Assembly (NCBI GenBank): GCA_963758715.1
Contig: CAVWWK010000003.1
Coordinates: 22,664-86,663 of the forward strand
Reading direction: 5' to 3'
From: an uncultured Actinomycetes bacterium
Lineage (GTDB): Bacteria > Actinomycetota > UBA4738 > HRBIN12
DNA length: 64,000 nt
In this document: in pieces, positions 20,192 to 30,180 of the stretch
Layout of the letters: every line of letters begins with the position of its first letter
How positions within the stretch are numbered: position 1 is the first letter of the stretch
Notes under the pieces: generated by a model
Database searches by the model: none
The model's input: only the letters and a program-made list of their open reading frames with translations
Told to the model about the DNA's origin: nothing
Position numbers and translations under genes: made by a program

Positions 20192-21877
20192 TCACTTCAC
20201 CACCCTCGCCACTTCCTCGATCGATGTGAGGCCCATTCGGACCTTCTCCAGGCCGTCGTCGCGGAGCGTGATCATGCCCTGCTGGATGGCGACCGTCTTC
20301 AGTGCTTCGGCAGATGCACGCTCCACCGTGAGCCGTTCCAGCTCCTCGGTCATGGGCATCACCTCATAGAGCCCCATCCGGCCGCGGTAGCCCGTGTTGG
20401 AACACGCCGCGCAGCCGGTCGGGCGGAACAGCTGTTGGATCTCGGGCAGCACCCGGTCCGGGTAGCCGGCCTGGACCAGCTCGGACTCATCGGGTTGGTA
20501 GGCCTCCTTGCATCGCTCGCAGAGGATGCGCGCGAGCCTTTGCGCCACGACCGCATCGATCGCCGAGGCCACGAGGAACGTCTCCACGTCCATCTCCGTG
20601 AGCCGGGTGATGGCGCTGGGAGCGTCGTTCGTGTGCAGAGACGTCAGCACCAGGTGACCGGTCAGCGCAGCTTCGACCGCGATCATGGCCGTCTCCTTGT
20701 CGCGGACCTCACCGATCAGCACGATGTCGGGGTCGGCACGCAGGATCGAGCGCAGCGCCGACGCGAACGTGAGCCCCGCCTTCGGGTTCACCTGCATCTG
20801 GTTGACGCCCGGCAGCCGGTACTCGACCGGGTCCTCGACCGTGATGATGTTCTTGTCGACCGCGTTCAGGATGTTGAGGGTGGAGTACATCGTGGTGGAC
20901 TTGCCCGAGCCCGTGGGACCGGTGACCAAGATCGCGCCGTAGGGCTTCGTGAACGAGCGTGCGAACTGCTTGTACGACTCCTCGAGGAAGCCCAGCTCCT
21001 CCAGTGCCAGCAAGGCGCTGGATTTGTCCAACACGCGGATGACGACCTTCTCGCCGTAGACGGTGGGCAAGGTGGCGACACGCAGGTCCAATTGCTTGCC
21101 ACCCACCTTCATGCTGATACGGCCGTCTTGTGGGATCCGCTTCTCGGCGATGTTGAGCTCGGCCATGACCTTGAGCCGGCTGATCAGCCCGCCCTGGATG
21201 TTCTTGGGCGCCGGGGGCATGGGCTCGTGCAACACCCCGTCCACCCGGAACCGGATGCGCACGGCGCGCTCCGCGGGCTCGATGTGCACGTCGGAGGCGC
21301 GGTCGCCGACGGCCTGGGTCATGATCGCGTTGACGAGCTTGACGATGGGAGCGTCCTCGAGCGCCGCCTCCAGGTGCTCCTCTTCGCCCTCCAAGGCGTC
21401 GGCCGCGACGTTGGCCAGCGCCTCGACCTGGCCGTCCATGCCCGCGAACTTCTGGATCGCTTGCTCGACGTCTGCCGCCGTCGCGACCAACGGTTGCACA
21501 TCGCGGTTGGTGATCGTGCGGATGTCATCCAGCGCGTAGACGTTGGCGGGGTCGGACATCGCCACCAGCAGCTTGCCGTCCCGCTCGCCGATCGGGATCG
21601 CGCGGTACCGGCGTGCGAGCGCTTCAGGAAGCAGCGTGGTGGCGGTGGGGTCGATCGGGTGCTCGGACAGGTCGACGAACTCCAGACCCACCTGCTCGGC
21701 GAGGGCCCTCACCAGGTCGCCCTCCTTGATCATGCCCAGGTCGATCAGGACGCGTCCGACCGACTTCGGGGTACGGCGATGTTCCTCGAGCGCCTCTTCC
21801 AATTGCTCGGGGGTGATCATCCCCAGCTCGATCAGGATCTGGCCGAGCTGCTTCGATTTGCGCTTGACTGTGGCCAT
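20192..21877 (-). CDS. pilB: type IV pilus assembly ATPase PilB (GspE family)
   Basis: Intact 561-aa ORF. N-terminal T2SSE_N repeats. Walker [15 protein letters not shown]. Asp/His boxes. Tetracysteine CERCKEAY..CAACSNTGYRGR. Confidence 0.95.
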   Translation of the reverse strand: MATVKRKSKQLGQILIELGMITPEQLEEALEEHRRTPKSVGRVLIDLGMIKEGDLVRALAEQVGLEFVDLSEHPIDPTATTLLPEALARRYRAIPIGERDGKLLVAMSDPANVYALDDIRTITNRDVQPLVATAADVEQAIQKFAGMDGQVEALANVAADALEGEEEHLEAALEDAPIVKLVNAIMTQAVGDRASDVHIEPAERAVRIRFRVDGVLHEPMPPAPKNIQGGLISRLKVMAELNIAEKRIPQDGRISMKVGGKQLDLRVATLPTVYGEKVVIRVLDKSSALLALEELGFLEESYKQFARSFTKPYGAILVTGPTGSGKSTTMYSTLNILNAVDKNIITVEDPVEYRLPGVNQMQVNPKAGLTFASALRSILRADPDIVLIGEVRDKETAMIAVEAALTGHLVLTSLHTNDAPSAITRLTEMDVETFLVASAIDAVVAQRLARILCERCKEAYQPDESELVQAGYPDRVLPEIQQLFRPTGCAACSNTGYRGRMGLYEVMPMTEELERLTVERASAEALKTVAIQQGMITLRDDGLEKVRMGLTSIEEVARVVK

Positions 21878-21924
21878 CGGCGTCCCATGCGTTCGCGTGC
21901 TGGAGGGTCATTCGGTCTAGGTCG

Positions 21925-22641
21925 TCAGGAACTAGCTTCGTCATCACCCTTGTCCACCTGAAGCAACCCCGAGAACTCTTTCGCCAGAAGGACCCGGTCC
22001 ACTTCCGACTCGTCTTCCTCTCTCCGGAGGCCGAGGACGACGAGCTTCTTCGGCTCCTTCTGACGAGCGCGGACGCGGGCGCTGGTTCGCGGGGGCTGCG
22101 GACGACGCGGCGGGGGCCCGTTGCGGGGGCAGCGGGATGCGGCGGCCTCCAGTGACTGTCTCTCTCCGGGGGCCGATCGATGGCTCGGGCGCCGCCGGCG
22201 GCCGGAGGGGGCGGCTGCGACGACCTCGCTGGGCTGCGGCTTGCCCGCGGGTGGGTGCAAGGAGGTGCGGGGTTTGCCCGACGGGGCGGCCGCGGCAGCA
22301 TCGGGCAAGCGCACGGTGTCGCTGGTCCGGCCGTCCTCCGCCATCAGCAGGACCTGCTCCATCTGGTCGACCAGGATCCCGGGGCGGGTGCCGGCCTCCG
22401 CGACCGAGAACGCGGCGTAGGGTCCGCGCTTCACGAACGCCCACACCTGATCGGCGAACTCGACGAAACTCTTCTCCGGCTCGCCGAGCGTGACGAACTT
22501 CAACCAGGCCGGTTTCGCGAGGCTCTCGTCTCCCTCCGGATAGGCACCGAGCACCAACCCGTCCCTGGACAGGATCAACGAGCCCCGCACACCGCTCACG
22601 TTGACGGCGATCCGCTGTGCGAGCGCGGAATAGTCATCCAT
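21925..22641 (-). CDS. Roadblock/LC7 domain protein with low-complexity linker and acidic C-terminal tail
   Basis: ATG 22641: MDDYSALAQRIAVNVSGVRGSLILSRDGLVLGAYPEGDE..AAFSVAEAGTRPGILVDQMEQVL is a Roadblock/LC7 (MglB-like) signature. A Pro/Arg/Ala-rich stretch follows, then EEDESEVDRVLLAKEFSGLLQVDKGDDE. Confidence 0.7.
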   Translation of the reverse strand: MDDYSALAQRIAVNVSGVRGSLILSRDGLVLGAYPEGDESLAKPAWLKFVTLGEPEKSFVEFADQVWAFVKRGPYAAFSVAEAGTRPGILVDQMEQVLLMAEDGRTSDTVRLPDAAAAAPSGKPRTSLHPPAGKPQPSEVVAAAPSGRRRRPSHRSAPGERQSLEAAASRCPRNGPPPRRPQPPRTSARVRARQKEPKKLVVLGLRREEDESEVDRVLLAKEFSGLLQVDKGDDEASS

Positions 22642-22708
22642 CTGTTGGAGGCATCGTCGGCATGCGGGCGTGCTTGAGGTCGCGCCCCCGGATCGTGGGA
22701 CCGGGGGA

Positions 22709-23569
22709 TCAGCCGTCGCGCACGGCCGCGCGTGGACCGCTGCGGCGCATGACGTCCATCGGCGCCTTGACGCCGGTCCACCGTTCGAACGCCGCCGCCT
22801 GGTGCAGGAGCATGCCCAGCCCACCGAACGAGCGTGGCCTCCTCGTTCGGCGGCCGTCGCCAGGCGCGGGGTGGTCGTACAGCAGATCGACGCACCATGA
22901 CGCGGCACCGAGCGCCGGAAGGGGCGGCGCCGACCGCCCATCGCTGCCCACTGGGGTGGCGTTCACCACCAGATCGCGCGCTGCGGCCCGGCCGCCTGCG
23001 ACCGATCGCGACGTCTCCACGGTGACATCGGCTCCGCCTAGCAGCTCGATGAGCGCCGCGCGCCGGGACGCATCGCGCACGGCGACGGTGATCCGCGAAG
23101 CCCCGCTCCGCGCGAGCGCAAGGGCCACCGCCCGCGCCGCACCGCCCGCTCCCAAGACCAGCGCGTCGCGCCCGGCGGCGTCGAAGACGGCGTCGGGGCG
23201 CAGGAACCGCTCGAACCCGGGCACGTCGGTGTTCTCCCCCATCACCCCGCCGTCGGCGACGGCAGGGTGTTCGCGGCATGGAGCAGCCGCGCGCCGTCGG
23301 AGAGCTCGTCGGCCAGATCGGCAGCTCTGTTCTTGTGCGGCATCGTGACGTTCGCGCCCTCGAACCCGAGCGACGAGGCCCTCCATCGCCGCGGGCAGCG
23401 CGCCGGGCGGCACCGGCAACGGCACGTACACCCAATCCATGCCAAGCGCGCTGAACGCGGCGTTGTGGATCACCGGCGAGAGGCTGTGGGCGACCGGCCA
23501 GCCGATCACGCCGAGGACCCGCGTGTCGCCGAGCACCGTGGGCGCCGCCGGCTCCTCCGAGGCAGACAT
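22709..23569 (-). CDS. aroE: shikimate dehydrogenase (frame-disrupted)
   Basis: LGVIGWPVAHSLSPVIHNAAFSALGMDWVYVPLPV, then GFEGANVTMPHKNRA (ORF 23242..23445), then NTDVPGF, ALVLGAGGAARAVALAL and NATPVG. Confidence 0.85.
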   Translation of the reverse strand: MSASEEPAAPTVLGDTRVLGVIGWPVAHSLSPVIHNAAFSALGMDWVYVPLPVPPGALPAAMEGLVARVRGRERHDAAQEQSCRSGRRALRRRAAAPCREHPAVADGGVMGENTDVPGFERFLRPDAVFDAAGRDALVLGAGGAARAVALALARSGASRITVAVRDASRRAALIELLGGADVTVETSRSVAGGRAAARDLVVNATPVGSDGRSAPPLPALGAASWCVDLLYDHPAPGDGRRTRRPRSFGGLGMLLHQAAAFERWTGVKAPMDVMRRSGPRAAVRDG

Positions 23570-23578
23570 CGACGTTGC

Positions 23579-24637
23579 TCAGATGTCGTCGTAGGTGACG
23601 GAGAAGCGGTGGCTGCCGTCGTCGCCGCAGAGCACGTAGTAGAGGTAGCGACGTTCTGCGGGAGCCAGCGCCGCCTGGAGCGACTCGAGGTCGGGGCTCG
23701 CGATCGGCGTGGGTGGCAGCCCCGGGTTGATGCGCGTGTTGTAGGGGCCGTCGGTCTCGATGTCGGCGGTCGACAGCTCGCCGTCGGGGGTCGGGGTCGT
23801 CGTAGAGCAGCGTGGCGTCGATCCCCAGGGTCATGTCGTCGGCGAGATGCGGTTGGCGATCACGGCCGAGATCAGGGGCCGGTCCTTCTCGACCCGGCCT
23901 CCTTCTCGATCATCGAGGCGATCACGACGACCTCGTAGGGCGTGAGGCCCAGCGCCTCCGCGCGTTCCCAGGGCAGGTCGCCGTGCGGTCGTTGAACTCG
24001 TGGAGCAGCCGCTGGATCACGTCGTCGGCAGTCGGCCTTCTTGGGGACGCGGTAGGTCTCGGGGAAGAGGAACCCTTCCAGGCGCGGGTGCCTTCGGGAA
24101 GCTGGGGGGGAGGTCGTGGTCCCGCTGTCGGCGCGCGCCAGGAACTCCTGGGCGCGGGATGCCCAGCGCCTCCTCGACCGCATCCGCGATCTGGGTGAGC
24201 CGGTAGCCCGGGCAGGACAGTGAGCTCGACGGTCGGGATGCGTTTGGGGACGGTGGTGAGGATGGTCATGACCTGGTCCAGCGGTCAGGCCCTTCGCGAA
24301 CCGGTAGTCGCCGGCGCGGATGTGGTCGGCCTTGCCGGTGCCGCGCAGCAGGAGGTTGCCCACGAACCCGCCGCAGCTGATCAGGCCGTCTGGGCCAGGA
24401 ATCGACGACCTCCTCGGCCGTGGCGCCCACCGGCACCGTGTAGTTGACGGGCTGCTGGGCACCCTGGGGCGGCTCCTTGCAGCCCGCGTAGTGGTTGACC
24501 GCCCAGACGACGCCTCCCACGACCACCAGGAAGGCCACCAGCATGATCAGCAGGGAGGTCCTCCGGGGCCGGAGATCGTCGTGTCGAGAGGCGCGGCCGT
24601 GGCGGGCCGTCTGTCGCGGCGTCGTTTCCGTCTCCAT
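23579..24637 (-). CDS. mltG: endolytic murein transglycosylase MltG/YceG family (frame-disrupted)
   Basis: N-terminal TM SLLIMLVAFLVVVGGVVWAV (ORF 24266..24724). FLFPETYRVPKKAD and LTPYEVVVIASMIEKEAG (23872..24462). GIDATLLYDDP (22596..23834). The end ..HRFSVTYDDI with TGA 23579-81 was read by hand. Confidence 0.8.
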
Positions 24638-24666
24638 CGGTGACCGAAGGATACCGGGAGGGCGTT

Positions 24667-25121
24667 TCACCGATGCGCACGAGCAGGCCTGCACGATGAC
24701 CGTCGCGGCGGAGCGGTCGACCACACGGCGCCGCGTCCGCGCCTTTCACGCCTGCTTCGCGGAGGGCGCGCTCGGCCTCGACCGTGTGACAGCCGCTCGT
24801 CCTGGAGCGCGACGGGGACGTCCAGCGAGCCCCCGGAGGGCGTCGGCGAACGATTCCGCCTGCTGCGCCTTGGGCCCCGAGGCGCCCGACATCGAGCGCG
24901 GGTGCCCCACGCACGACCAGGGTGGCGTCGTGTTCGGCGACCAGGGCCGCCACCGCCTTGAACTCTCCCGGCGGCTGGCCCACGTGGATCGTGCCCATCG
25001 GGACGGCGAGGCGCCGCTCGGGGTCCGAGATCGCGACCCCGATGCGTGCGTCGCCGAGATCGAGGCCGAGCACCCGCCCGGCCGCCGGCGCGGACGCTCC
25101 GGATCCGCGGGAGCCCGGCAC
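24667..25121 (-). CDS. ruvX: Holliday junction resolvase-like RuvX/YqgF (frame-disrupted)
   Basis: RVLGLDLGDARIGVAISDPERRLAVPMGTI..AVAALVAEHDATLVV (ORF 24381..25121). Then GHPRSMSGASGPKAQQAESFADAL (24746..25249), then DERLSTVEAERAL. The stop is inferred at 24667-69. Confidence 0.8.
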
Positions 25122-25122
25122 G

Positions 25123-27756
25123 TCAGCGCGGCCCCGAGGAGCTCCTCGAGGCGCGCCGGGATCCCGCCGAGCGCTTCGTCGACACGGTCGGCGTGCTTGC
25201 CGCCGGCGTTGGCCAGGATGTCCTTCCCCCCCGCTCCGCCGCCGATCACGCCGGCCGCGGTCTCGAACAGCGCGGGGGCGGTGACCCCCCGTCCACCGCC
25301 GGAGCCGTGACGGCCGCCACGAGCATGGCCTTGCCGCCTTCGCCGTTGCCGACCACGACCGCGGCGGGCCCGCCGGAGAGCTGGTCGCGGATCTTCTGCG
25401 CGAGCTCGCGCAGGCCGCCCGGGTCCTCGCCGGGGACCTCGGACACGACCAGCGCGACGCCGTCGACCGGCGTCGCGCCGTCGACCAGCGCGGTGACCGC
25501 CGCGTCGCGGTCGCCCGCGCGGAGCCGTCCGAGCTCGCCCTTCAGCCGCTTGTTCTCCTCGATGACGCGGCGTGCATGGTCCAGCGCGGCGTGCGGGTCG
25601 TTGGAGCCGATCGCCTCGACGAGTCCGCGGAGCAATGCTCGTTCGGCGTTGATCTCACGGAGCGCATCGGGACCGACGAGCGCCTCCACGCGGCGCATGC
25701 CGGCGCCGATCGAACCTTCGTGCAGGATCCTGACGACCGCCACGTGCCCGGTGTGGTGGACGTGGGTGCCGCCGCAGAGCTCCCGGGAGTAGTCACCGAT
25801 CTCGACCACGCGCACGACGTCGCCGTACTTCTCGCCGAAGAGGGCGACCGCGCCCAGCGCCTTCGCCTCGCCCATCGACGTCTCGAACGCCCGGACGGTG
25901 TCGTCCATCGCCAGGCGCCGGTTCGCCTCGAGCTCGGCCGCCTCGAGCGTCTCCATCGGCACCGCGCTCGGGTGGTGGAAGTCGAAGCGGAGCCGGCCGG
26001 GCGCGACCAGCGAGCCGGCCTGGCGAGCGTGCTCGCCGAGCACCTGCTTCAGGGTCCAGTGGATCACGTGGGTCGACGTGTGCGAGCGCGCCGTGGCCTC
26101 GCGGCGGTCGCGGTCGATCGCCGCGTGGGCCTCCTGGCCCGGCCGGATCTCTCCCGACTCGACGGTGCCGACGTGCACGATCGCATGGCCGCCCGCGGGG
26201 AGCGTGTCCACGACACGCACGAGACCCGTGTCGGTGCGGACCGTGCCCTGGTCCCCGATCTGTCCGCCTCCCTCGGCGTAGAACGGTGTCCGCTCCAGGA
26301 ACAGGCGCACCTCCTGTCCTTCCTGGGCCTCCTCGAGCTGTTCGTTGTCCTGCCCCAGCACCATCGCGAGCGGCGAGTCGGCTCTCCGACTCCGAGTAGC
26401 CGACGAACTCGGTGGGCGGCGCGGCGCCGGTCTCCAGACCCACCTCGACCTTCTTCCTGGCCTTGCGCGCGCGTTCCCGTTGCTCCTCAAGGAGCACCTC
26501 GAAGCGTTCCAGGTCGACCTCCAGGCCGGTCTCGGCGGCCCATTCCGCGATCTGCTCCCTGGGGATGCCGAACGTGTCGGACAGCGTGAAGGCGTCGTCA
26601 CCGGAGATCCGCCTTCCCGCGCGCGGCCCTTCGCCTCCTCGAACAACACCAGCCCCTTGCCGAGGGTGCCGGAGAACCCCTCCTCCTCGGAGGTGGCAAC
26701 CTGACGGATGAAGGCCTCGTTCTCGCGGAGCTCCGGGTACGCATCGCCGAACCCCTCGATCACGGTGGTGATGACGGGGTCCAGGACCGGACCGGTGATC
26801 GCGAGCCGGCGCGCGTGGGACACGGCGCGGCGGAGCATGCGCTTGAGGACGTACCCGCGGCCGGCGTTCGTGGGCAGCACGCCGTCCGCGATCAGGAACG
26901 CCGTGGCGCGGCCGTGCTCCGCGAGGATCTTGAGGGAGACGTCGTCGTCGGGGTCGGTCCCGTGACGGCGGCCCGAGAGCTCCTCGGCGACCTCGAGCAT
27001 GGGCCGGAACAGGTCGGTCTCGAACACGTTGTCGACGTCCTGCAGCACCATGGCGACCCGCTCGAGCGACGAGCCGGTGTCGACGTTCCGGCCCGGCAGG
27101 GGTGCCACGACCTCCAAGTCGTCGTCCACCTGGTCCTGCATGAAGACCAGGTTCCAGATCTCGACGAAGCGTTCCTCGTCGACGTCGGGACCGCCCTCGG
27201 GACCGAATCGAACCCCACGGTCCACGAAGATCTCCGAACAGGGCCCGCCCGGGCCGGCTGTGTGCGTGTGCCAGTAGTTGGCGAGGTCGCCGTCGGCGTC
27301 GACCTTGCCTCGGCGAACGATCCGCTCCGGTGCGATGCCCGCCAGGTCGATCCAGGCCGCCACCGACTCCTCGTCGTCCTCGTAGACGGTGACCCACAGG
27401 CGGTCGTGCTCGATCCCGTATCCCTCGGTGACGAGCTCGTGCGCCCACGCGATCGCCTCGGCCTTGAAGTAGTCGGCGAACGAGAAGTTGCCCAGCATCT
27501 CGAAGAACGTCAGGTGCCGGGCGTCGTGGCCGACGTTCTCGATGTCGTTCGTGCGCATCACCTTCTGCGAGGTGACCGCCCGCACGTACGGCGCGTCGGC
27601 CTGCCCCAGGAAGTAGGGGATGAACTGGTTCATCCCGGCGTTCGTCAGCAGGAGCCCGGATCCGGGTGGAGGGATCAGCGACGAGGACCGAACCCTCGTG
27701 TGGTCGCGCGCTTCGAAGAACGCGAGGAACCGCTCTCGGATGACGTGACCTTCCAC
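25123..27756 (-). CDS. alaS: alanine--tRNA ligase (frame-disrupted)
   Basis: ORF 25246..27756: FFEARDHTRVRSSSLIP..LLLTNAGMNQF, HTFFEMLGNFSF, editing-domain HTSTHVIHW and CGGTHV. The middle section is in ORF 25793..27448 (FTLSDTFGIP). The C-terminus IGGGAGGKDILANAGGK is in ORF 24746..25249, so the 3-prime end is approximate. Confidence 0.9.
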
Positions 27757-27776
27757 GCTGCGGAGTCTACCGACGG

Positions 27777-28058
27777 TCAGGGCGCGGGCGTCGTTTCCGG
27801 CGCGTCGTCGCGCTCGTCCTCGCGTGGCCGGAGGTCGCTCTCGGCGCGCAGCTCGGCCTCGCGTTCGGCCATGGCCTGGCGCCCCTCCTGGATCGACTCG
27901 GACACCAGCTTCGTGAAGTCCATCAGCCCGCCCTTGGCCTCCCTGGCCAACGTCTGCGGCGCCACGCGCCGGGCCTGCTTCTTCGTCCAGCGGCTCGCGA
28001 TGACGGCTCCGGTCGCACCGGCGCCGAGCCCCAACGCGACCCAGAAGCCACGCTTCAC
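27777..28058 (-). CDS. hypothetical small membrane-anchored protein
   Basis: 93-aa ORF with an N-terminal TM (FWVALGLGAGATGAVIA) and a charged helical tail. 4-nt overlap with the upstream DUF948 gene. High GC3. Confidence 0.55.
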   Translation of the reverse strand: MKRGFWVALGLGAGATGAVIASRWTKKQARRVAPQTLAREAKGGLMDFTKLVSESIQEGRQAMAEREAELRAESDLRPREDERDDAPETTPAP

Positions 28059-28432
28059 TTCTTGCGGCCGCCCTTGGCGCGCGAGAAGCCCTTCTTGATG
28101 CCGGCGCCCATGCTGATGACCTTCACCAGCGGGCTCGCGGCGGCTTGTTCCGCCAGTCCAGAGATCTTCTCGACGCGGCCGACGATGTCGGTGGCCGAGA
28201 TCAGCATCGTGTCGACGCGGTCCAACTCGCGGTTCGCGCGTTCGACCGATCCCTGGACCTCGCGCAGCAGCGGGACGACCTCCTCGCGCATCGTGTCGAT
28301 CGTGATCTTCGTGCTCTCAAGCACGCGGAAGGTGTTGAGCAGTACCACGAGCAACCCCAGGACCAACAGGCCCCAGAAGGCCGCCACGATGATCAAAGCG
28401 GTCTCGCCGCCGTCCAACGCAAGGATCGTCAT
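28055..28432 (-). CDS. DUF948 domain-containing membrane protein
   Basis: 125 aa: TALIIVAAFWGLLVLGLLVVLL, then a coiled coil (LLREVQGSVERANRELDRVDTML) and SPLVKVISMGAGIKKGF. The pattern matches DUF948 as recalled, and the position upstream of alaS is conserved in actinobacteria. Confidence 0.7.
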   Translation of the reverse strand: MTILALDGGETALIIVAAFWGLLVLGLLVVLLNTFRVLESTKITIDTMREEVVPLLREVQGSVERANRELDRVDTMLISATDIVGRVEKISGLAEQAAASPLVKVISMGAGIKKGFSRAKGGRKK

Positions 28433-28504
28433 AGGTCGGAGCCTTTCACGCGAGGTCAGTGGTCCGCGTAGCCTACCCGAGACCGATGGGCGTCCGGATG
28501 CCGC

Positions 28505-29774
28505 TCATGCCGGCGTGTCGTCCGTCCGTTCGCCGGTGCCCGGCTTCCGCGGGGTGTCCCGCCCCTGCCCGGACGGCTCGTAGTAGCGACGCCCGGAGAA
28601 GCCCGCGGGCCGGTACTCCTGGTCTACGGCGTGGCCAGGGAAATCGTGCGGATAGCGGTATCCCTTCCCGTGGCCGAGTTGCGTCGCGCCCTTGTAGCTC
28701 GCGTCGCGAAGGTGCAGCGGAACCGGCTCGGCCCCGGGCGCGTCCTCCATGGCCTTGGAGATGGCGGTGACCACGCTGTTGGACTTGGGCGCGGTGGCCA
28801 GGTAGATGGTCGCGTGGGCCAGGTTGAGGCGCGCCTCGGGAAGGCCCACGTGCTCGACGGCCTGCGCCGCCGCGATCGCGACGACGAGCGCGACCGAGTC
28901 GGCGAGCCCGATGTCCTCGCTGGCATGCACGATCAGCCGTCGGGCGATGAAGCGGGGGTCCTCACCCGCTTCGATCATGCGGGCGAGCCAGAACAGGGCG
29001 CCATCGGGGTCGGACCCGCGGATCGACTTGATGAAGGCGCTGATCACGTCGTAGTGCGCGTCGCCCTGGCGGTCGTACACGATCGCCTTCTTCTGCACCG
29101 CGTCGGCGGCGAGATCCCGCGTGATCTCGGTCCTGCCCGGCCTGGGTGGCAGCCAGCGCGGCCGCCTCCAACCCCGTCAGGCCGACGCGCGCGTCGCCGC
29201 CCGCCACGCTCACCAGGTGGGCGAGCGCGTCGTCCGCGATCGAGACGTGGAGACCTCCGAGGCCACGATCCTCGTCGGCGAGCGCCCGCCGCATCAGGGT
29301 CACGACGTCCTCGTCGGACAGTGGTTCGAGCCGCAGGAGCATGCATCGCGAGAGCAGCGGGGTGTTGAGCGAGAAGTACGGGTTCTCGGTGGTGGCGCCG
29401 ATCAACGTGATCGTGCCCTCTTCGACCGAGGGCAGCAACACGTCCTGCTGCGCCTTCGACCAGCGATGGACCTCGTCGACGAACAACACTGTGCGGAACA
29501 TCCCGCCCTTCGCGCCCTGCATCACCTTGCGCGCGTCGGCGACCCCGGACGAGACGGCGGAGAGCTGGATCAGGTCGGCGCCGACGGCGTCGGCGAGCAG
29601 ATGAGCCAGCGTGGTCTTCCCGGTGCCCGCCGGCCCCCACAGGATGATCGACGGCAGGTTCCCGCCGGCCAGCAGGCTCGAGAGCGCAGTCCCCTCCCCC
29701 ACCAGGTGCCCCTGCCCCTCGTACTCCTCGAACGTGCGAGGCCTCATGCGGGCCGCGAGCGGGACGTCGGCCAC
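28505..29774 (-). CDS. rarA: replication-associated recombination protein A (AAA ATPase RarA/MgsA), one frame break
   Basis: [22 protein letters not shown], Walker [30 protein letters not shown] (ORF 28962..30071). The C-domain is [43 protein letters not shown] (ORF 28505..29098). Confidence 0.88.
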
Positions 29775-29776
29775 GG

Positions 29777-30178
29777 CTACCCCGAGCGGATGACGGCATC
29801 GGGGCGGATCCGGTAGATCACGCGAACCTGCCCCGGCGTGTAGTCGTAGTCGCTTCCCCGGTAGCGCCGCGACAGCGCGGAGATGTGCGCCTCGGCCTCC
29901 TCGCCGGTCTCGATCGACGTGACGGTCCCCTGCACCGAGACCCATCGGTAGGGATCGTCGGGCGGTGACGCCGAGAGGGCGACACGCGGGTCGCGCCGGA
30001 TGTTGCGGTCCTTCCGCCGGCCGACGGCGCTGTTCACCAGGACGTTGCCCTGCTCGTCGACGTCGATCCACACCGGGGTGACGTGCGAGGATCCGTCCTC
30101 GTCCAGCGTCGCGAAGTGCGCGAACGTGGCGCCATGAAGGATCGCGCGGTCCGGGGCGGTCAGCGATGGATCGGGCAT
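29777..30178 (-). CDS. PPOX-class (pyridoxamine 5-phosphate oxidase family) probable F420-dependent enzyme
   Basis: Intact 133 aa: ATFAHFATLDEDGSSHVTPVWIDVDEQGNVLVNSAVGRRKDRNIRRDPRVALS..DPYRWVSVQGTV. Confidence 0.75.
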   Translation of the reverse strand: MPDPSLTAPDRAILHGATFAHFATLDEDGSSHVTPVWIDVDEQGNVLVNSAVGRRKDRNIRRDPRVALSASPPDDPYRWVSVQGTVTSIETGEEAEAHISALSRRYRGSDYDYTPGQVRVIYRIRPDAVIRSG

Positions 30179-30180
30179 GG

